From positions 289,633 through 353,632 of the forward strand of contig NIVC01000111.1 in NCBI GenBank assembly GCA_002269645.1: DNA of 64,000 nt. Reading direction: 5' to 3'. The number at the start of each line of letters is the position of its first letter. Positions within the stretch are counted from its first letter, which is position 1. This DNA is from Macrostomum lignano. Its lineage: Eukaryota. The translations under genes were made by a program, and so were the position numbers. Under the pieces are notes generated by a model. The model had not been told where the DNA came from, did not search any database, and worked only from the letters and a program-made list of their open reading frames with translations. Of this stretch, positions 12,664 through 24,280 are shown one piece after another.

Positions 12664-13239
12664 TTATTTAAGACCTTCATTGGATCCCAAATTGCATTTC
12701 TGCATCTTCCTTATTAAACATGACTGTATAAAAAACTTTCAGATTTAGATCGCACACCAGCTCAGACAGTCACAGACTGTCCCATTGACAGTTCAGGTAC
12801 TGCATACATACAGATATTAACTGCTGTTTGGCAGTGCAATTCACCTGCGCTTGCTTAGCGGCAAAATTGCTTCTCAAATTTGCAATTAATTTGCTTTGAA
12901 GGGCTGCTGTACGAGCTAACTGTGTGCTGATAAATCATACTTGGCCTGAATTTTTTAGTCTGAATATTTTACCGAACACTTTGAATTTGATTTTTGGCTT
13001 TTTAGCGTTTATTGAAAATTTTCATTACAAACCAATGAAAATGATTAAGATTTTATTTGTAAGCTCGTAATCTGCTTTTAGGGTGCTCTTGATTGCTTAA
13101 TATAGAGTCCTTGTTATTTAGTCAGTGTTTGCCACAGTTCATAGTCATGAGGTCAATTTGATTGTCATGAAGTCTCAGTCATCCAAGCAGTCATGAAATC
13201 ATTACAGTAATCATAGTCACTCCGTTATTCATAGAGTCA

Positions 13240-13760
13240 CTCATTTAGTCAAAAAGTCACTCCGTTATTCATAAGAGTCACTCCATTATTCATAGAGTCA
13301 CTCTGTTAGTCATAGAGTCACTCTGTTAGTCATAAGAGTCACTCCGTTAGTCATAGAGTCACTCTGTTAGTCATAGAGTCGCTCCGTTAGTCATAGAGTC
13401 ACTCTGTTAGTCATAGAGTCGCTCCGTTATTCATAGAGTCACTCCGTTAGTCATAGAGTCACTCCGTTAGTCATAGAGTCACTCCGTTAGTCATAGAGTC
13501 ACTCCGTTAGTCATAGAGTCACTCCGTTAGTCATAGAGTCACTCCGTTAGTCATAGAGTCACTCCGTTATTCATAGAGTCACTTATTTAGTCAAAGAGTC
13601 ACTCCGTTATTCATAGAGTCACTCCGTTAGTCATAGAGTCACTCCGTTAGTCATAGAGTCACTATGTTAGTCATAGAGTCACTCCGTTAGTCATAGAGTC
13701 ACTCCGTTAGTCATAGAGTCACTCCGTTAGTCATAGAGTCACTCATTTAGTCAAAGAGTC
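13240..13760. repeat. 20-bp minisatellite in ACSL intron 1
   Basis: Unit GTCACTCCGTTAGTCATAGA. Confidence 0.95.
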
Positions 13761-13848
13761 ATCATAGACTCCCAGCGTATCTAACTATCATAACGAAAAG
13801 TTTCTCAACCCCGTGACTGAGCCATCGACATCTGAACCCCCTCACCAG

Positions 13849-14637
13849 CTTCAACCAGACGGTCGCAAGTTCAAGAAGCAGTCGCTGGGCCCCTACAGCT
13901 GGCTGAGTTATCGCTCAGTTCACCGTCGGGTTATTCAACTGGCCAAGAGTCTCCGCTCGCAGCGGCAGCAGCAGCTCGGCCTCAGGCCCGGCGTTCGGGT
14001 GGCTCTGTACGCGGAGACCCGGGCAGACTGGCAGCTGTGCGCTCAGGCCTGCTTCCGCTGCGGCCTGCCCGTGGTGACGCTGTACGCCAGCCTGGGCGAG
14101 GACGCCCTGGCCTACGGCGTCAACCAGTCGGAGGCTGCAGTGCTGGTGACCTCGCTGAGCCTGCTGGACAAGGTCACCAAGATGCTGGATCAGATGCCCA
14201 ACATCCGGTGCGTCATCTACCTAGACGGCGGAGTTGGCGATGAATCGGCACTAGTGTCGGGCAGGCCTGCCGAAAGTCGACAGTCGGTGCGGCTGGTCGG
14301 ACTCAGTCAGCTGATTGGCGAGGATGTCGACGATGCGACGGAGGACGATACAGCGGCGGCGGCGGTGTCGGAGCCGGGCGACCTGGCCGTGCTGATGTAC
14401 ACCAGTGGCAGCACGGGCCAGCCTAAGGGAGTGATGATCAGCCACGCCAACCTGCTGGCAATGGCAGCCGGCGTTGCCAGGCGAATTCCCGAGCTGGGGA
14501 GTCGGGCCGATGACAGCTACCTGGCTTACCTGCCGCTGGCTCACGTGCTGGAGCTGGCAGCTGAGCTGGCTTGTCTGGCTTGCGGAGTCGCCATCGGCTA
14601 CGGCAGCCCGCTGACGCTGACGGATGCGTCCAATAAG
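13849..14637 (+). CDS. ACSL4: ACSL3/4-like exon 2
   Basis: Acceptor ccag|CTT CAA CCA GAC (LQPDGRKFKK), AMP-binding motif MYTSGSTGQPKGV, YLAYLPLAHVLEL, donor AAG|gtgagg. Confidence 0.92.
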
Positions 14638-14664
14638 GTGAGGCGAGGCATTGCCTGGCGGTGA

Positions 14665-15195
14665 ATACTAATTAGTTGTCGGCAAGATCAAAGAGTCCAG
14701 TTATTCTAACTAATTAGTTGTCGGCAAGATCAAAGAGTCCAGTTATTTTAACTAATTATTTGTCGGCAAGATCAAAGAGTCCAGTTATTCTAACTAATTA
14801 GTTTTCGGCAAGATCAAAGAGTCCAGTTATTCTAACTAATTAGTTGTCGGCAAGATCAAAGAGTCCAGTTATTTTAACTAATTATTTGTCGGCAAGATCA
14901 AAGAGTCCAGTTATTCTAACTAATTAGTTTTCGGCAAGATCAAAGAGTCCAGTTATTCTAACTAATTAGTTGTCAGCAAAATCAAAGAGTCCAGTTATTT
15001 CAACTAATTAGTTGTCGGCAAGATAAAAAAGTCCAGTTATTCTAACTAATTAGTTGTCGGCAAGATCAAAGAGTCCAGTTATTTAACTAATTCGTTGTCG
15101 GCAAGATCAAAAAGTCCTGTTTTTTTAACTAATTGGTAATTGACAAGATCAAAGCCTCCAGTTATGTAATTAATTGGTTGTCGGCAAGATCAAAG
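14665..15195. repeat. 42-bp minisatellite filling ACSL intron 2
   Basis: Unit AACTAATTAGTTGTCGGCAAGATCAAAGAGTCCAGTTATTCT. Confidence 0.95.
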
Positions 15196-15214
15196 CCTCC
15201 AAACTGCCCGGCAG

Positions 15215-15433
15215 GTGAAGCCCGGCACACCTGGCGACGCCACCGCACTGCGGCCCAGCCTGATGGCCGCCGTGCCCGCAGTGCTGGACCGCGCCTCGCG
15301 CGCTGTTCGCGACCGGGCAGAGGCGCGCGGCGCCATCGGGCGCGCCTTGCTGACCTGGGCGCTGGATTACAAACTTCGCTGGGGACTGCGGGGCTGGGCC
15401 ACCCCGCTGCTTGACCGGCTGGTATTTAAGAAG
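15215..15433 (+). CDS. ACSL4: ACSL3/4-like exon 3
   Basis: cag|GTG AAG CCC (VKPGTPGDATALRPSLMAAVP), donor AAG|gtaagg. Confidence 0.92.
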
Positions 15434-15584
15434 GTAAGGCCGGGTATTGCGCATATTTAAAATCAAAATACGAATGTACATGTAAAGCAGACCCGATTGA
15501 GGAAATCTCTATACAACTCCGCGTTTAAATCCCATAGATGTGGAATCAAAAAAGTCTCGAAAACAAGACTCACACCCGAAATTC

Positions 15585-15875
15585 CACATAAAAAATCCCG
15601 CATCTAAAATCCCTTATCGAAAAATCCCACACCAAAAATCCTATATAAAAATCCCACATCATAAAATCCCATATACAAAAATCCACACCAAAAAATCCCA
15701 TATAAAATAATCCCACACCAAAAAATCCTATATAAAATAATCCTACACCAAAAAATCCCATATAAAAATCCCACATCATAAAATCCCACACCATAAAATC
15801 CCACACCATAAAATCCCACACCATAAAATCCCACACCATAAAATCCCACACCCAAAAAATCCCACACCAAAACTC
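15585..15875. repeat. ~15-bp minisatellite in ACSL intron 3
   Basis: Unit AAAATCCCACACCAT. Confidence 0.9.
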
Positions 15876-15881
15876 CCGCAG

Positions 15882-16358
15882 GTGAGCGTTATCCTGGGCG
15901 GCCGGCTGCGCCTTATGCTGTCCGGCGGCGCCCCGCTGTCGGCCGAGACGCACACCTTCGCCATGTCGGCATTCGGCAGCCCGGTGGTGCAGGGCTTCGG
16001 CCTCACCGAGACCTGCGGCGCCGGCTGCATACAGGCCAGCCCCGGGCCCGGCCACCAGCCGCTGGCCGCCACCCCGTTGGGCTCGGCCGGGCCTCCGCTG
16101 GACTCCTGCCTGCTGCGCCTGCGGGACTGGCCGGAGGGCGGCTACTCCAAGGCGGACAAGCCGTGGCCGAGAGGCGAGCTGCTCATCGGGGGGCCCTGCG
16201 TAACGGCCGGGTATTTTCAAATGCCCGAGCTGACCGGCCAAGACTTCTGGACTGACGGCTGCGGCGTGCGATGGTTCTGCACCGGCGATGTTGGACAGGT
16301 GGCCGGGACAGCCGGACTGCAGATTGTGGACAGGAAGAAAGACCTGGTCAAGCTGCAG
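15882..16358 (+). CDS. ACSL4: ACSL3/4-like exon 4
   Basis: LGGRLRLMLSGGAPLS, QGFGLTETCG, RGELLIGGP, WFCTGDVG, IVDRKKDLVKLQ; donor CAG|gtgggt. Confidence 0.93.
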
Positions 16359-16389
16359 GTGGGTCTTTGTTTGTTTAATAGTTTATCAG

Positions 16390-16670
16390 TCAAAATTAGT
16401 CTTTGTTTTTATGCTGTGTGTTATCAACTTAGTCTTTGTTCTAATCTGGAATATCAGTGAGCTATCAAATTAGTCTTTGTTCTAATCTGGAATATCAGTG
16501 AGCTATCAAATTAGTCTTTGTTCTAATCTGGAATATCAGTGAGCTGTCAAATTAGTCTTTGTTCTAATCTGGAATATCAGTGAGCTATCAAATTAGTCTT
16601 TGTTCTAATCTGGAATATCAGTGAGCTGTCAAATTAGTCTTTGTTCAAATCTGGAATATCAGTGAGCTGT
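16390..16670. repeat. 41-bp minisatellite in ACSL intron 4
   Basis: Unit TATCAAATTAGTCTTTGTTCTAATCTGGAATATCAGTGAGC. Confidence 0.95.
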
Positions 16671-16717
16671 CAGTGTCATGATGTGCCCGATGCCAACTCT
16701 ATCAACCATTGCTGCAG

Positions 16718-17182
16718 GGAGGCGAGTACGTGTCCCTGGGCAAGGTGGAGCTGGCGCTCAGCAGCTCGCCAATTGTGGAGCAGCTGTGCGCCTATGCCGA
16801 CAGTCGCCGCGACTTCGTGGTGCTGCTGGTTGTGCCGAAACGACGCCGGCTGATGCAGCTGGCGCAGCAGCTGGGCCTCCGGCCAGTGCCAACTGACGCC
16901 ACAGGCGGCGGCCAGAGCCACGCCAACGGCGACGGGCTCCAGCCGGACGAGGCGCTGCTGTCCGACCCTCGGCTGAGAAAGGCGGCCCTGGACGAGCTGA
17001 CCGCCGCGGCCAAGGGTCGGCTGGAGCGGTTCGAGACTCCGGCCCAGGTGCACCTGTGCGCTGAGACCGCCTGGCTGCCGGAGTCTGGCCTCGTCACCGA
17101 CTCGTTCAAGCTGCGCCGGCGGCAGCTGCTGGACCGCTACAGAAAGGCGATTGAGGATATGTACGGACGGGAGGACTGCTAG
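16718..17182 (+). CDS. ACSL4: ACSL3/4-like exon 5 (terminal)
   Basis: gcag|GGA GGC GAG (GGEYVSLGKVE), LERFETP, GLVTDSFKLRR, stop TAG. Confidence 0.92.
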   Translation, partial: GGEYVSLGKVELALSSSPIVEQLCAYADSRRDFVVLLVVPKRRRLMQLAQQLGLRPVPTDATGGGQSHANGDGLQPDEALLSDPRLRKAALDELTAAAKGRLERFETPAQVHLCAETAWLPESGLVTDSFKLRRRQLLDRYRKAIEDMYGREDC

Positions 17183-17548
17183 AGTGGCGTCTGTGTACCT
17201 GTGGATTGCTAGACTGGCGTCTGTGTACCTGTGGATTGCTAGACTGGCGTCTGTGTACCTGTGGATTGCTAGACTGGCGTCTGTGAACCTGTGGATTGCT
17301 AGACTGGCGTCTGTGTACCTGTGGATTGCTAGACTGGCGTCTGTGTACCTGTAGATTGCTAGACTGGCGTCTGTGTACCTGTGGATTGCTAGACTGGCGT
17401 CTGTGTACCTGTGGATTGCTAGACTGGCGTCTGTGTACCTGTGGATTGCTAGACTGGCGTCTGTGTACCTGTGGATTGCTAGACTGGCGTCTGTGTACTT
17501 GTGGATTGCTAGACTGGCATCTGTGTACTTGTGGATTGCTAGACTGGA
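17178..17548. repeat. 30-bp minisatellite beginning at the ACSL stop codon
   Basis: Unit CTGGCGTCTGTGTACCTGTGGATTGCTAGA. Confidence 0.95.
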
Positions 17549-19224
17549 GTTTATTCGAATTTAAAATCAAATTCCTAAATTCTTAGATTGCCGCTAGTGT
17601 GTTTAGGCTTTAGAAACTTCTATTAAGTTTAGGAGTGGGAACAAGCGGATCGCTAGCTAAGGAAAAATGAAGCATCTGTACTGATAGCGCATCACTAGTT
17701 AGTACATAGTAGAACTTCTCAATCGATAATTATAGATTTATTGATTTTTTCAGTTTTTAATTTTTTTGTGCCGTAATTGCTACCGGTCAGAGTCTCCAAT
17801 TGTGTTTTCTTTGCCAAGAATTGCAATAATTTGCCTTTTTTCTTTAGGCCAGTAGCCTTTTTTACTTGCATTACTTGCATCCCAGTAAATAATGTGCAAT
17901 CTCCCCTAAGCACCAGCGTGCATAGTCTTGATGCTACTCCAATAGTCCAATAGGTTGCTTTTGTCGGTCATTTTTTCATGCCCTGGTTTTTTAACTGTTC
18001 CGCATATTAATTTTAATGGCAACATCTCTAAGTGCTCAAACAGCACGGCTGTGTCAAAGTGCAATCGCAGATTCAAGTGCTAACATTTTAGCACCATTTT
18101 TTAGTTTTTTATTTCAACTTTAAGTGAGAGTAACTTTGCACTGTGCAGGTCCTGGAGACTTCGGAAATACACAGCTATCAGCTCATTCATTTCTCTTCTC
18201 TATCGGATCGTTTTCAATTCATTGCCACTCCGGATTCGAACTCCAAACCCAAATGACTCAAGTCGCTGATTATGAAAGATCATGAGCAGGCGTGTGCAGA
18301 AATTTGATGGATATATTTTGACTGTCAATCAACTTTCACAGAGCTGGAGAGATGATGTTAATTAATTTATTGCCAAGCCGCTGGCTCTGATTTTGAATTG
18401 ATAATTAAATATATTTGTTAATCCATTTGCACTATGTAGGGGATAAGCTGGAGGGATTATACTAGTATGGGGGTATCATAGGCTGTTCGCGACAGGCTTG
18501 CCAATGCATTTGGTGAAAATGCTCCGAGGGGACGCGCAGCTCAATAATAATATTAATAATATGGTAAATAAATGATCAGCATACAAAACTGAACACAAGA
18601 AACTGACTGCAGAAAAAGCAAAAAAAACAATACAATTAGAGAGAACTGCTGCGCAATGGGCTCGGGGAGAGACAGATAAATATTTAAATAGCAGTGGCAA
18701 TATAATAGAAGAATTGCAATATTTATTTATTAAATGATCATAATAATAGTCATCGGTGAATAGGGGTTTGGAATTTTTTAATAAGCAATTTCTGCTATTG
18801 CTAACAGAGCTTTGCTGGGTACCTACGTAACAAAACAGATATTTTTATCCGGAATAACTAAAAATAGACCGCAACATGCTACTACTGCTACTGCTACAAA
18901 GAGAAAAGTAATATGTATGGCGTAAAAAGCGAGCTAGAAATCCAGGGCTGTGATTGATTAATTTCAATAGATTCACGACGGGGACTGATTGAATTATTGG
19001 GATGAGGCTACTTAATTAGTTTTGTTGCTGTAGAAAATAAAAAGCCGACTGCGACAGGCTGCTCAAGCGGGAAAAGGTGCACGAGGATCTTGCTTGCTGC
19101 TGGGTGGCGCACTTGAAAACAAAAATTACAATGACACACAACACAGACGTAGACTCATGGAATCACGAAAAAGTACACACAGTCCTATCAAAAAGTACTT
19201 GGTTGCTGCGAGGCTGCTGGTAGC

Positions 19225-19599
19225 TTAGTCCAGGTCCATGTCGGCCTCCTTGCCGTTCACCTTGGCGCCACCGCTGGTGGACTTTTTCGCCGATCCCGGC
19301 GCGGCGGCGTTCTGGTCGCCGTCTTGCGCCGTTGCGTCCGGGCCGGCGGCTCCGTCAGCTGCGGGCTGGGGAGACGCCTGCGGCTGCTGCTGCTGCGGCG
19401 GAGGCTCCTCAACTTTCGGCGGCTGCGGCTTCGGCTTGTTCAGAATCGGGTTAACAGCGGATTCGAGGGCCGAGTGCTGCGAGCGAATGTCGGCTGAGGT
19501 CAGGCTGGGGTCCTGGTTGGCGGCCAGCCGGTTCTGCTCGTTCTGCTGGGTGATCAGCCACTGCTGCTTCTCGTCTATGGAGTCTGAGACTCGCTTCAT
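19225..19599 (-). CDS. HSPA4: Hsp110/HSPA4-family chaperone, exon 9 of 9; joined protein 856 aa
   Basis: Acceptor ctgcag|ATG AAG CGA, NPILNKPKP motif, C-terminus ADMDLD*. Confidence 0.88.
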   Translation of the reverse strand: MKRVSDSIDEKQQWLITQQNEQNRLAANQDPSLTSADIRSQHSALESAVNPILNKPKPQPPKVEEPPPQQQQPQASPQPAADGAAGPDATAQDGDQNAAAPGSAKKSTSGGAKVNGKEADMDLD

Positions 19600-19734
19600 C
19601 TGCAGTTTCGGTTGGGCTTGAAAATTATTGTTAAATTTGCATACTGCTCTCCCTAGCAACCACCTAGATACCGAACCATTCACACCCTAGCAACCACCTA
19701 GATACTGAACCAAGCACTCCCTAAAGAATCTCAC

Positions 19735-20130
19735 CTCCTCCTCAGTCAGGTGCGCCAGCGCCTCTTCCCCGTTGCGCCAGGCCTCCACAGCTTTCCTAGC
19801 GTGCTGCAGCGCGTGCCCGAGAGCATCAGCCGCCCTCGGCCGCTCCTCGAACTCCTTGGCTCGCCGCAGGAAACGTTCGCCAGGCCCGCGCAGCTCGGCC
19901 AGTTTGTCAACGTAGGCCTGCTTAGCCAGATTCTCGCCGTCGCCGTAGATCCAGTCCTCAGTGGCCGTGAGCAGCTGACTGTAGGACTCGCGCTCAGCCT
20001 CAGACACGAACTGCTCCAGCACGCTGGACAGTTTGTCCCGCATCTCGTAGACGTACTCTTCCACCGTGTTCCTGGCCAGACAGCGCTCGTGCTCGCGCGT
20101 CTCCTGCAGCACCATGTTGGCCTCGCGCTC
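19735..20130 (-). CDS. HSPA4: Hsp110 exon 8
   Basis: tacag|GAG CGC GAG; ARNTVEEYVYEMRDKL, EDWIYGDGE; donor GAG|gtgaga. Confidence 0.92.
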
Positions 20131-20236
20131 CTGTAGTAAAATCAGAATTGGGCGCGTATGCGATTAGACTACTTATTATGCGAGTAATTAGTAGTAACAC
20201 AGGCCTATATAAAAACTCTTTTAAGCCCCTTGATCT

Positions 20237-21050
20237 CAGCTCAACTACCTGGTCCTTAACCAGCTCAACCACCTGGTCCTTAACCAGCTCAGCCACCTGG
20301 TCCTTAACCAGCTCAACCACCTGGTCCTTAACCAGCTCAGCCACCTGGTCCTTAACCAGCTCAACCACCTGGTCCTTAACCAGCTCAACCACTTGGTCCT
20401 CAACCAGCTCAGCCACCTGGTCCTTAACCAGCTCAGCCACCTGGTCCTTAACCAGCTCAGCCACCTGGTCCTTAACCAGCTCAGCCACCTGGTCCTTAAC
20501 CAGCTCAACCACCTGGTCCTTAACCAGCTCAGCCACCTGGTCCTTAACCAGCTCAACCACCTGGTCCTCAACCAGCTCAGCCACCTGGTCCTTAACCAGC
20601 TCAACCACCTGGTCCTTAACCAGCTCAGCCACCTGGTCCTCAACCAGCTCAGCCACCTGGTCCTTAACCAGCTCAACCACCTGGTCCTCAACCAGCTCAG
20701 CCACCTGGTCCTCAACCAGCTCAACCACCTGGTCCTCAACCAGCTCAGCCACCTGGTCCTTAACCAGCTCAACCACCTGGTCCTCAACCAGCTCAGCCAC
20801 CTGGTCCTCAACCAGCTCAGCCACCTTGTCCTCAACCAGCTCAGCCACCTGGTCCTTAACCAGCTCAGCCACCTGGTCCTCAACCAGCTCAGCCACCTGG
20901 TCCTCAACCAGCTCAACCACCTGGTCCTTAACCAGCTCAGCCACCTGATCCTTAACCAGCTCAGCCACCTGGTCCTTAACCAGCTCAACCACCTGGTCCT
21001 CAACCAGCTCAGCCACCTGGTCCTCAACCAGCTCAACCACCTGGTCCTCA
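20237..21050. repeat. 24-bp minisatellite in Hsp110 intron 7
   Basis: Unit AACCAGCTCAGCCACCTGGTCCTT. Confidence 0.95.
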
Positions 21051-21102
21051 GCAAGCTGTAACCTCAAAAAGAACTTCAAACGTGATTGTTAAACAGGCTT
21101 AC

Positions 21103-21390
21103 CTGAAAATCGGTGAGCAATTTCTTGCTCAGCTGCTTGACGCAGTCGGCATCGATGGGCAGATCGGTGTACCGGGTGACCTTCTTGGTCTTCTTCTCAG
21201 CTGATTTCTTGGGATCAGCCGGGGCTGCTGCCTGCTGCTGCTGTCTCTCGGCCTGGTCGGCTCCGACTTCCATCGGGGAACCAGCCGAATCGGCAGCGGT
21301 TCCGCCTGGTGCGGCTTCGGCCTCGGCGACCACTTCGGCGGATTCCGCCGGAGCGTCGGTCTCCATCTTCTCTTCTGGCTCGTCTACCAC
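21103..21390 (-). CDS. HSPA4: Hsp110 exon 7 (acidic loop)
   Basis: ttacag|GTG GTA GAC; EEKMETD...KKTKKVTRYTDLPI; donor CAG|gtaagc. Confidence 0.88.
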
Positions 21391-21519
21391 CTGTAAATAG
21401 TTGGGGTTTTTGGAATGTTGGTTGAGTGAGATGTTTAATAGCTCTATAGTCAAAAAAACTAGTAGAGGTCAATTAGGGTCACGTTCATATTAGGTCAATT
21501 AAGGTCGAAGGCAAGACAG

Positions 21520-21925
21520 ATGGGTCAACTGGGGTCACTGAAGGGAAGGCAATACAATACAGATGGGTCAACTGGGGTCACTGAAGGCGATACAATACAA
21601 ATAAGGTCAACTGGGGTCACCGAAGGCAATACAATACAGATGGGGTCAACTAGGGTCACTGAAGGCAATACAATACAGATCGGGTCAACAGGGGTCACCG
21701 AAGGCAATACAATACAGATGGGGTCAACTGGGGTCACTGAAGGCAATACAATACAGATGAGGTCAACTGGGGTCACTGAAGGCAATACAAGACAGATGGG
21801 GTCAACTGGGGTCACCGAAAGCAATACAATACAGATGGGGTCAACAGGGGTCACTGAAGGCAATACAGATGAGGTTAACTGGGGTCTCCGAAGGCAATAC
21901 AATACAGATCGGGGTCAAATGAGGT
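21520..21925. repeat. 39-bp minisatellite in Hsp110 intron 6
   Basis: Unit GGGGTCAACTGGGGTCACTGAAGGCAATACAATACAGAT. Confidence 0.93.
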
Positions 21926-21969
21926 CATCAAGGACAACACAATACGAACTCGCAGTAAGAAAGCCTTAC

Positions 21970-22348
21970 CTTTTCCACAGTCTCAGCCAGCTTAGCCTGG
22001 CTCACAGTGAAGATACCGTGGCTATTTAATCGCACTTTCACTTTGATCCTGGCGGCCTCACCGCTTGGGCTGGGCTGCACGTTGCCAACGCTGAATTTGC
22101 CAATCAGAGGTGTTGGCACCGCCTGCGGATTTGTGTAGTGGGCGGCCAACTCGAATGCCGCTTTTCGATAGAAAGTCAGCGTTCGCGACATGGGGAACTG
22201 GTAGCCTTCGGGGAAGACCTCCACGCTGTCGTCTTTGCCGTCGGCGTCCCGGTAGCTCAGCGAGATGGAGTAGGGCTGCCAGTCAGAGATGCTGAACTCG
22301 CGCACTTTGAAGGCCGGACTAAGAATGGCGCACATCAGGGCGCAGCCC
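21970..22348 (-). CDS. HSPA4: Hsp110 exon 6
   Basis: GCALMCAILSPAFKVREFSISD...KIKVKVRLNSHGIFTV-type motifs; donor AAG|gtaagg. Confidence 0.92.
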
Positions 22349-22434
22349 CTGCAAATCCAATTCGGATTCAATGCTTGAGAATTGTGATCTGAGATTAAAG
22401 CGGTTGAACAGACCGGACAGGGGCATAGCCGACC

Positions 22435-22690
22435 AGGGTCAACTTGGGTCATAAAATCGGGATCAATTAGGGTCATATAAGGGGGTCAACTAGGGCCATA
22501 GCCCAGTTAACTGGGGTCAGCTAGGGTCATAGCTAACCGGGGTCAACTAGGGCCATAGCTAACCGGGGTCAACTAGGTCATAGCTAACCGGAATCAACTA
22601 TGGTCATAGCTAACCGGGTCAACTAGGGTCATAGCTAACCGGAATCAACTATGGTCATAGCTAACCGGGTCAACTTGGATCATAGCTTAC
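22435..22690. repeat. ~26-bp minisatellite in Hsp110 intron 5
   Basis: Unit GGGGTCAACTAGGGTCATAGCTAACC. Confidence 0.9.
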
Positions 22691-22760
22691 AATGAAGTCA
22701 ATAGCGAAGGTAGAATATAATGGTAACCACCTAATGTCAATTAGGCAAAAAAGCACTTAC

Positions 22761-23008
22761 CTAGCAACGGCTTCATCAGCATTAAGCGTAGTCATTGGAG
22801 ACTGGCCAAACACTTTAGTGACCAGATCCTTCACAGCCGGTACTCGAGTCGAACCGCCAACTAACTCAACCGAGGCGATATCCTTGGGCTGCAGCTTGGC
22901 AAGGGTCAGGCAGCGAGACAGGCACTGCTCCACACGGACCAGGAGGCCGGCAGAGTCCAACAGTCCGTTGAAGGTTTCCCGGTTGATGCGGCCGTTCACG
23001 TCGCGATC
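22761..23008 (-). CDS. HSPA4: Hsp110 exon 5
   Basis: ccag|GAT CGC GAC; VELVGGSTRVPAVK, TTLNADEAVAR; donor AG|gtaagt. Confidence 0.92.
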
Positions 23009-23149
23009 CTGGAAATTGCGAGTGAAGTGGGAAATAGCAGGTTGCAGCTCTTGCTGTTCGAATCTCGGGGTGGCTGCACACTTTGTATAAGATATAAGCT
23101 CACCCACGGTCTACACATAGCCTCTAAGTCCTTTAGTTAATAGCATCTA

Positions 23150-23705
23150 ATTTCCTGAGTCAGCAGTCTCTAGTTCCCTGAGTCAGTAGCCTCTAGTTCC
23201 CGGAGTCAGTAGCCTCTAGTTCTTTAGTCAGCAGCCTTTAATTCCTTGAGTCAGTAGCCATTAACTCCTAGAGTCATTAGCTTCTAATTCCCGGAGTCAG
23301 TAGCCTCTAATTTCCTGAGTCAATAGCGTATAATTTCTCGAGTCAGAATCCTTTAATTACCTGAGTCAGTAGCCTCTAATCCCCCGAGTCAGTAGCCTCT
23401 AATTTCCTGAGTCAGTAGCCTCTCATTCCTTGAGTCAGTAGCCTCTAATTTCCTGAGTCAGTAGCCTCTAATTTCCTGAGTCAATAGCGTCGAATTCCTC
23501 GAGTCAGTAGCCTCTAATTTCCTGAGTCAGTAGCCTCTCATTCCTCGAGTCAGTAGCCTCTAATTTCCTGAGTCAGTAGCCTCTCATTCCTCGAGTCAGT
23601 AGCCTCTAATTTCCTGAGTCAGTAGCCTCTAATTCCTTGAGTCAGTAGCCATTACCTTCTAGAGTCATTAGCTTCTAATTCCCTGAGTCAGTAGCCTTTA
23701 ATTCC
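23150..23705. repeat. 23-bp minisatellite in Hsp110 intron 4
   Basis: Unit GAGTCAGTAGCCTCTAATTTCCT. Confidence 0.93.
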
Positions 23706-23767
23706 CTAGTCTGTCCGTATCTGCCCATATTATCCTTCAATTCCTAGTGTGTCAGCAGGGCACCAAC

Positions 23768-24019
23768 CTGCATGAGGCACTCGATATTCAACGGGATGTC
23801 GGTAGAGTTAGCCGACATCAGCTTCTTCACTTTGGAGCACTCCTCCAGCAGGCGCATAGTGGCCTTAGCATTGGATCGAACATCCAGCTTGAAGCGCTGC
23901 TTAATATCGTCGGCAAAATGGCTGAATATGGCCCTATCGAAGTCGCGGCCGCCCAGAGACGGGTCGCTGGCGGTGGCCAACACGCGCATTTGACCTTCGT
24001 TGAAAGCGATGACTGCCAC
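23768..24019 (-). CDS. HSPA4: Hsp110 exon 4
   Basis: DPSLGGRDFD, KVKKLMSANSTDIPLNIECLMQ. Confidence 0.92.
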
Positions 24020-24280
24020 CTGAGGGTGCGGAGCGAGGCGGGGGAGTGATGAATTTGAGTCCGATTTTATGATTGTCTGGTAGCTAATAATTACGATAAG
24101 ACAGCGCGTAATTGTCAGTAATTATTTGTTTTCTCCTCATTAATTGAGTTCAGTAGAACGAAAGTATATTTAGCATCATGTATTGAGCGCATATAAGTAC
24201 TACTGCTACTAATAGTACTATGAATGCAACTTGTAGGCCCCGAATAACATTAATTACAATTATTGATTACACTAATTGGA

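Noticed and set aside
20000-21079. Long ORFs in several frames (EDQVAELV, LRTRWLSW, STTWSLTS repeats)
   Set aside because: Translation of a stop-free 24-bp intronic array. Intron retention hits a stop at 21076, and the acidic frame is out of phase with Hsp110 exon 8.
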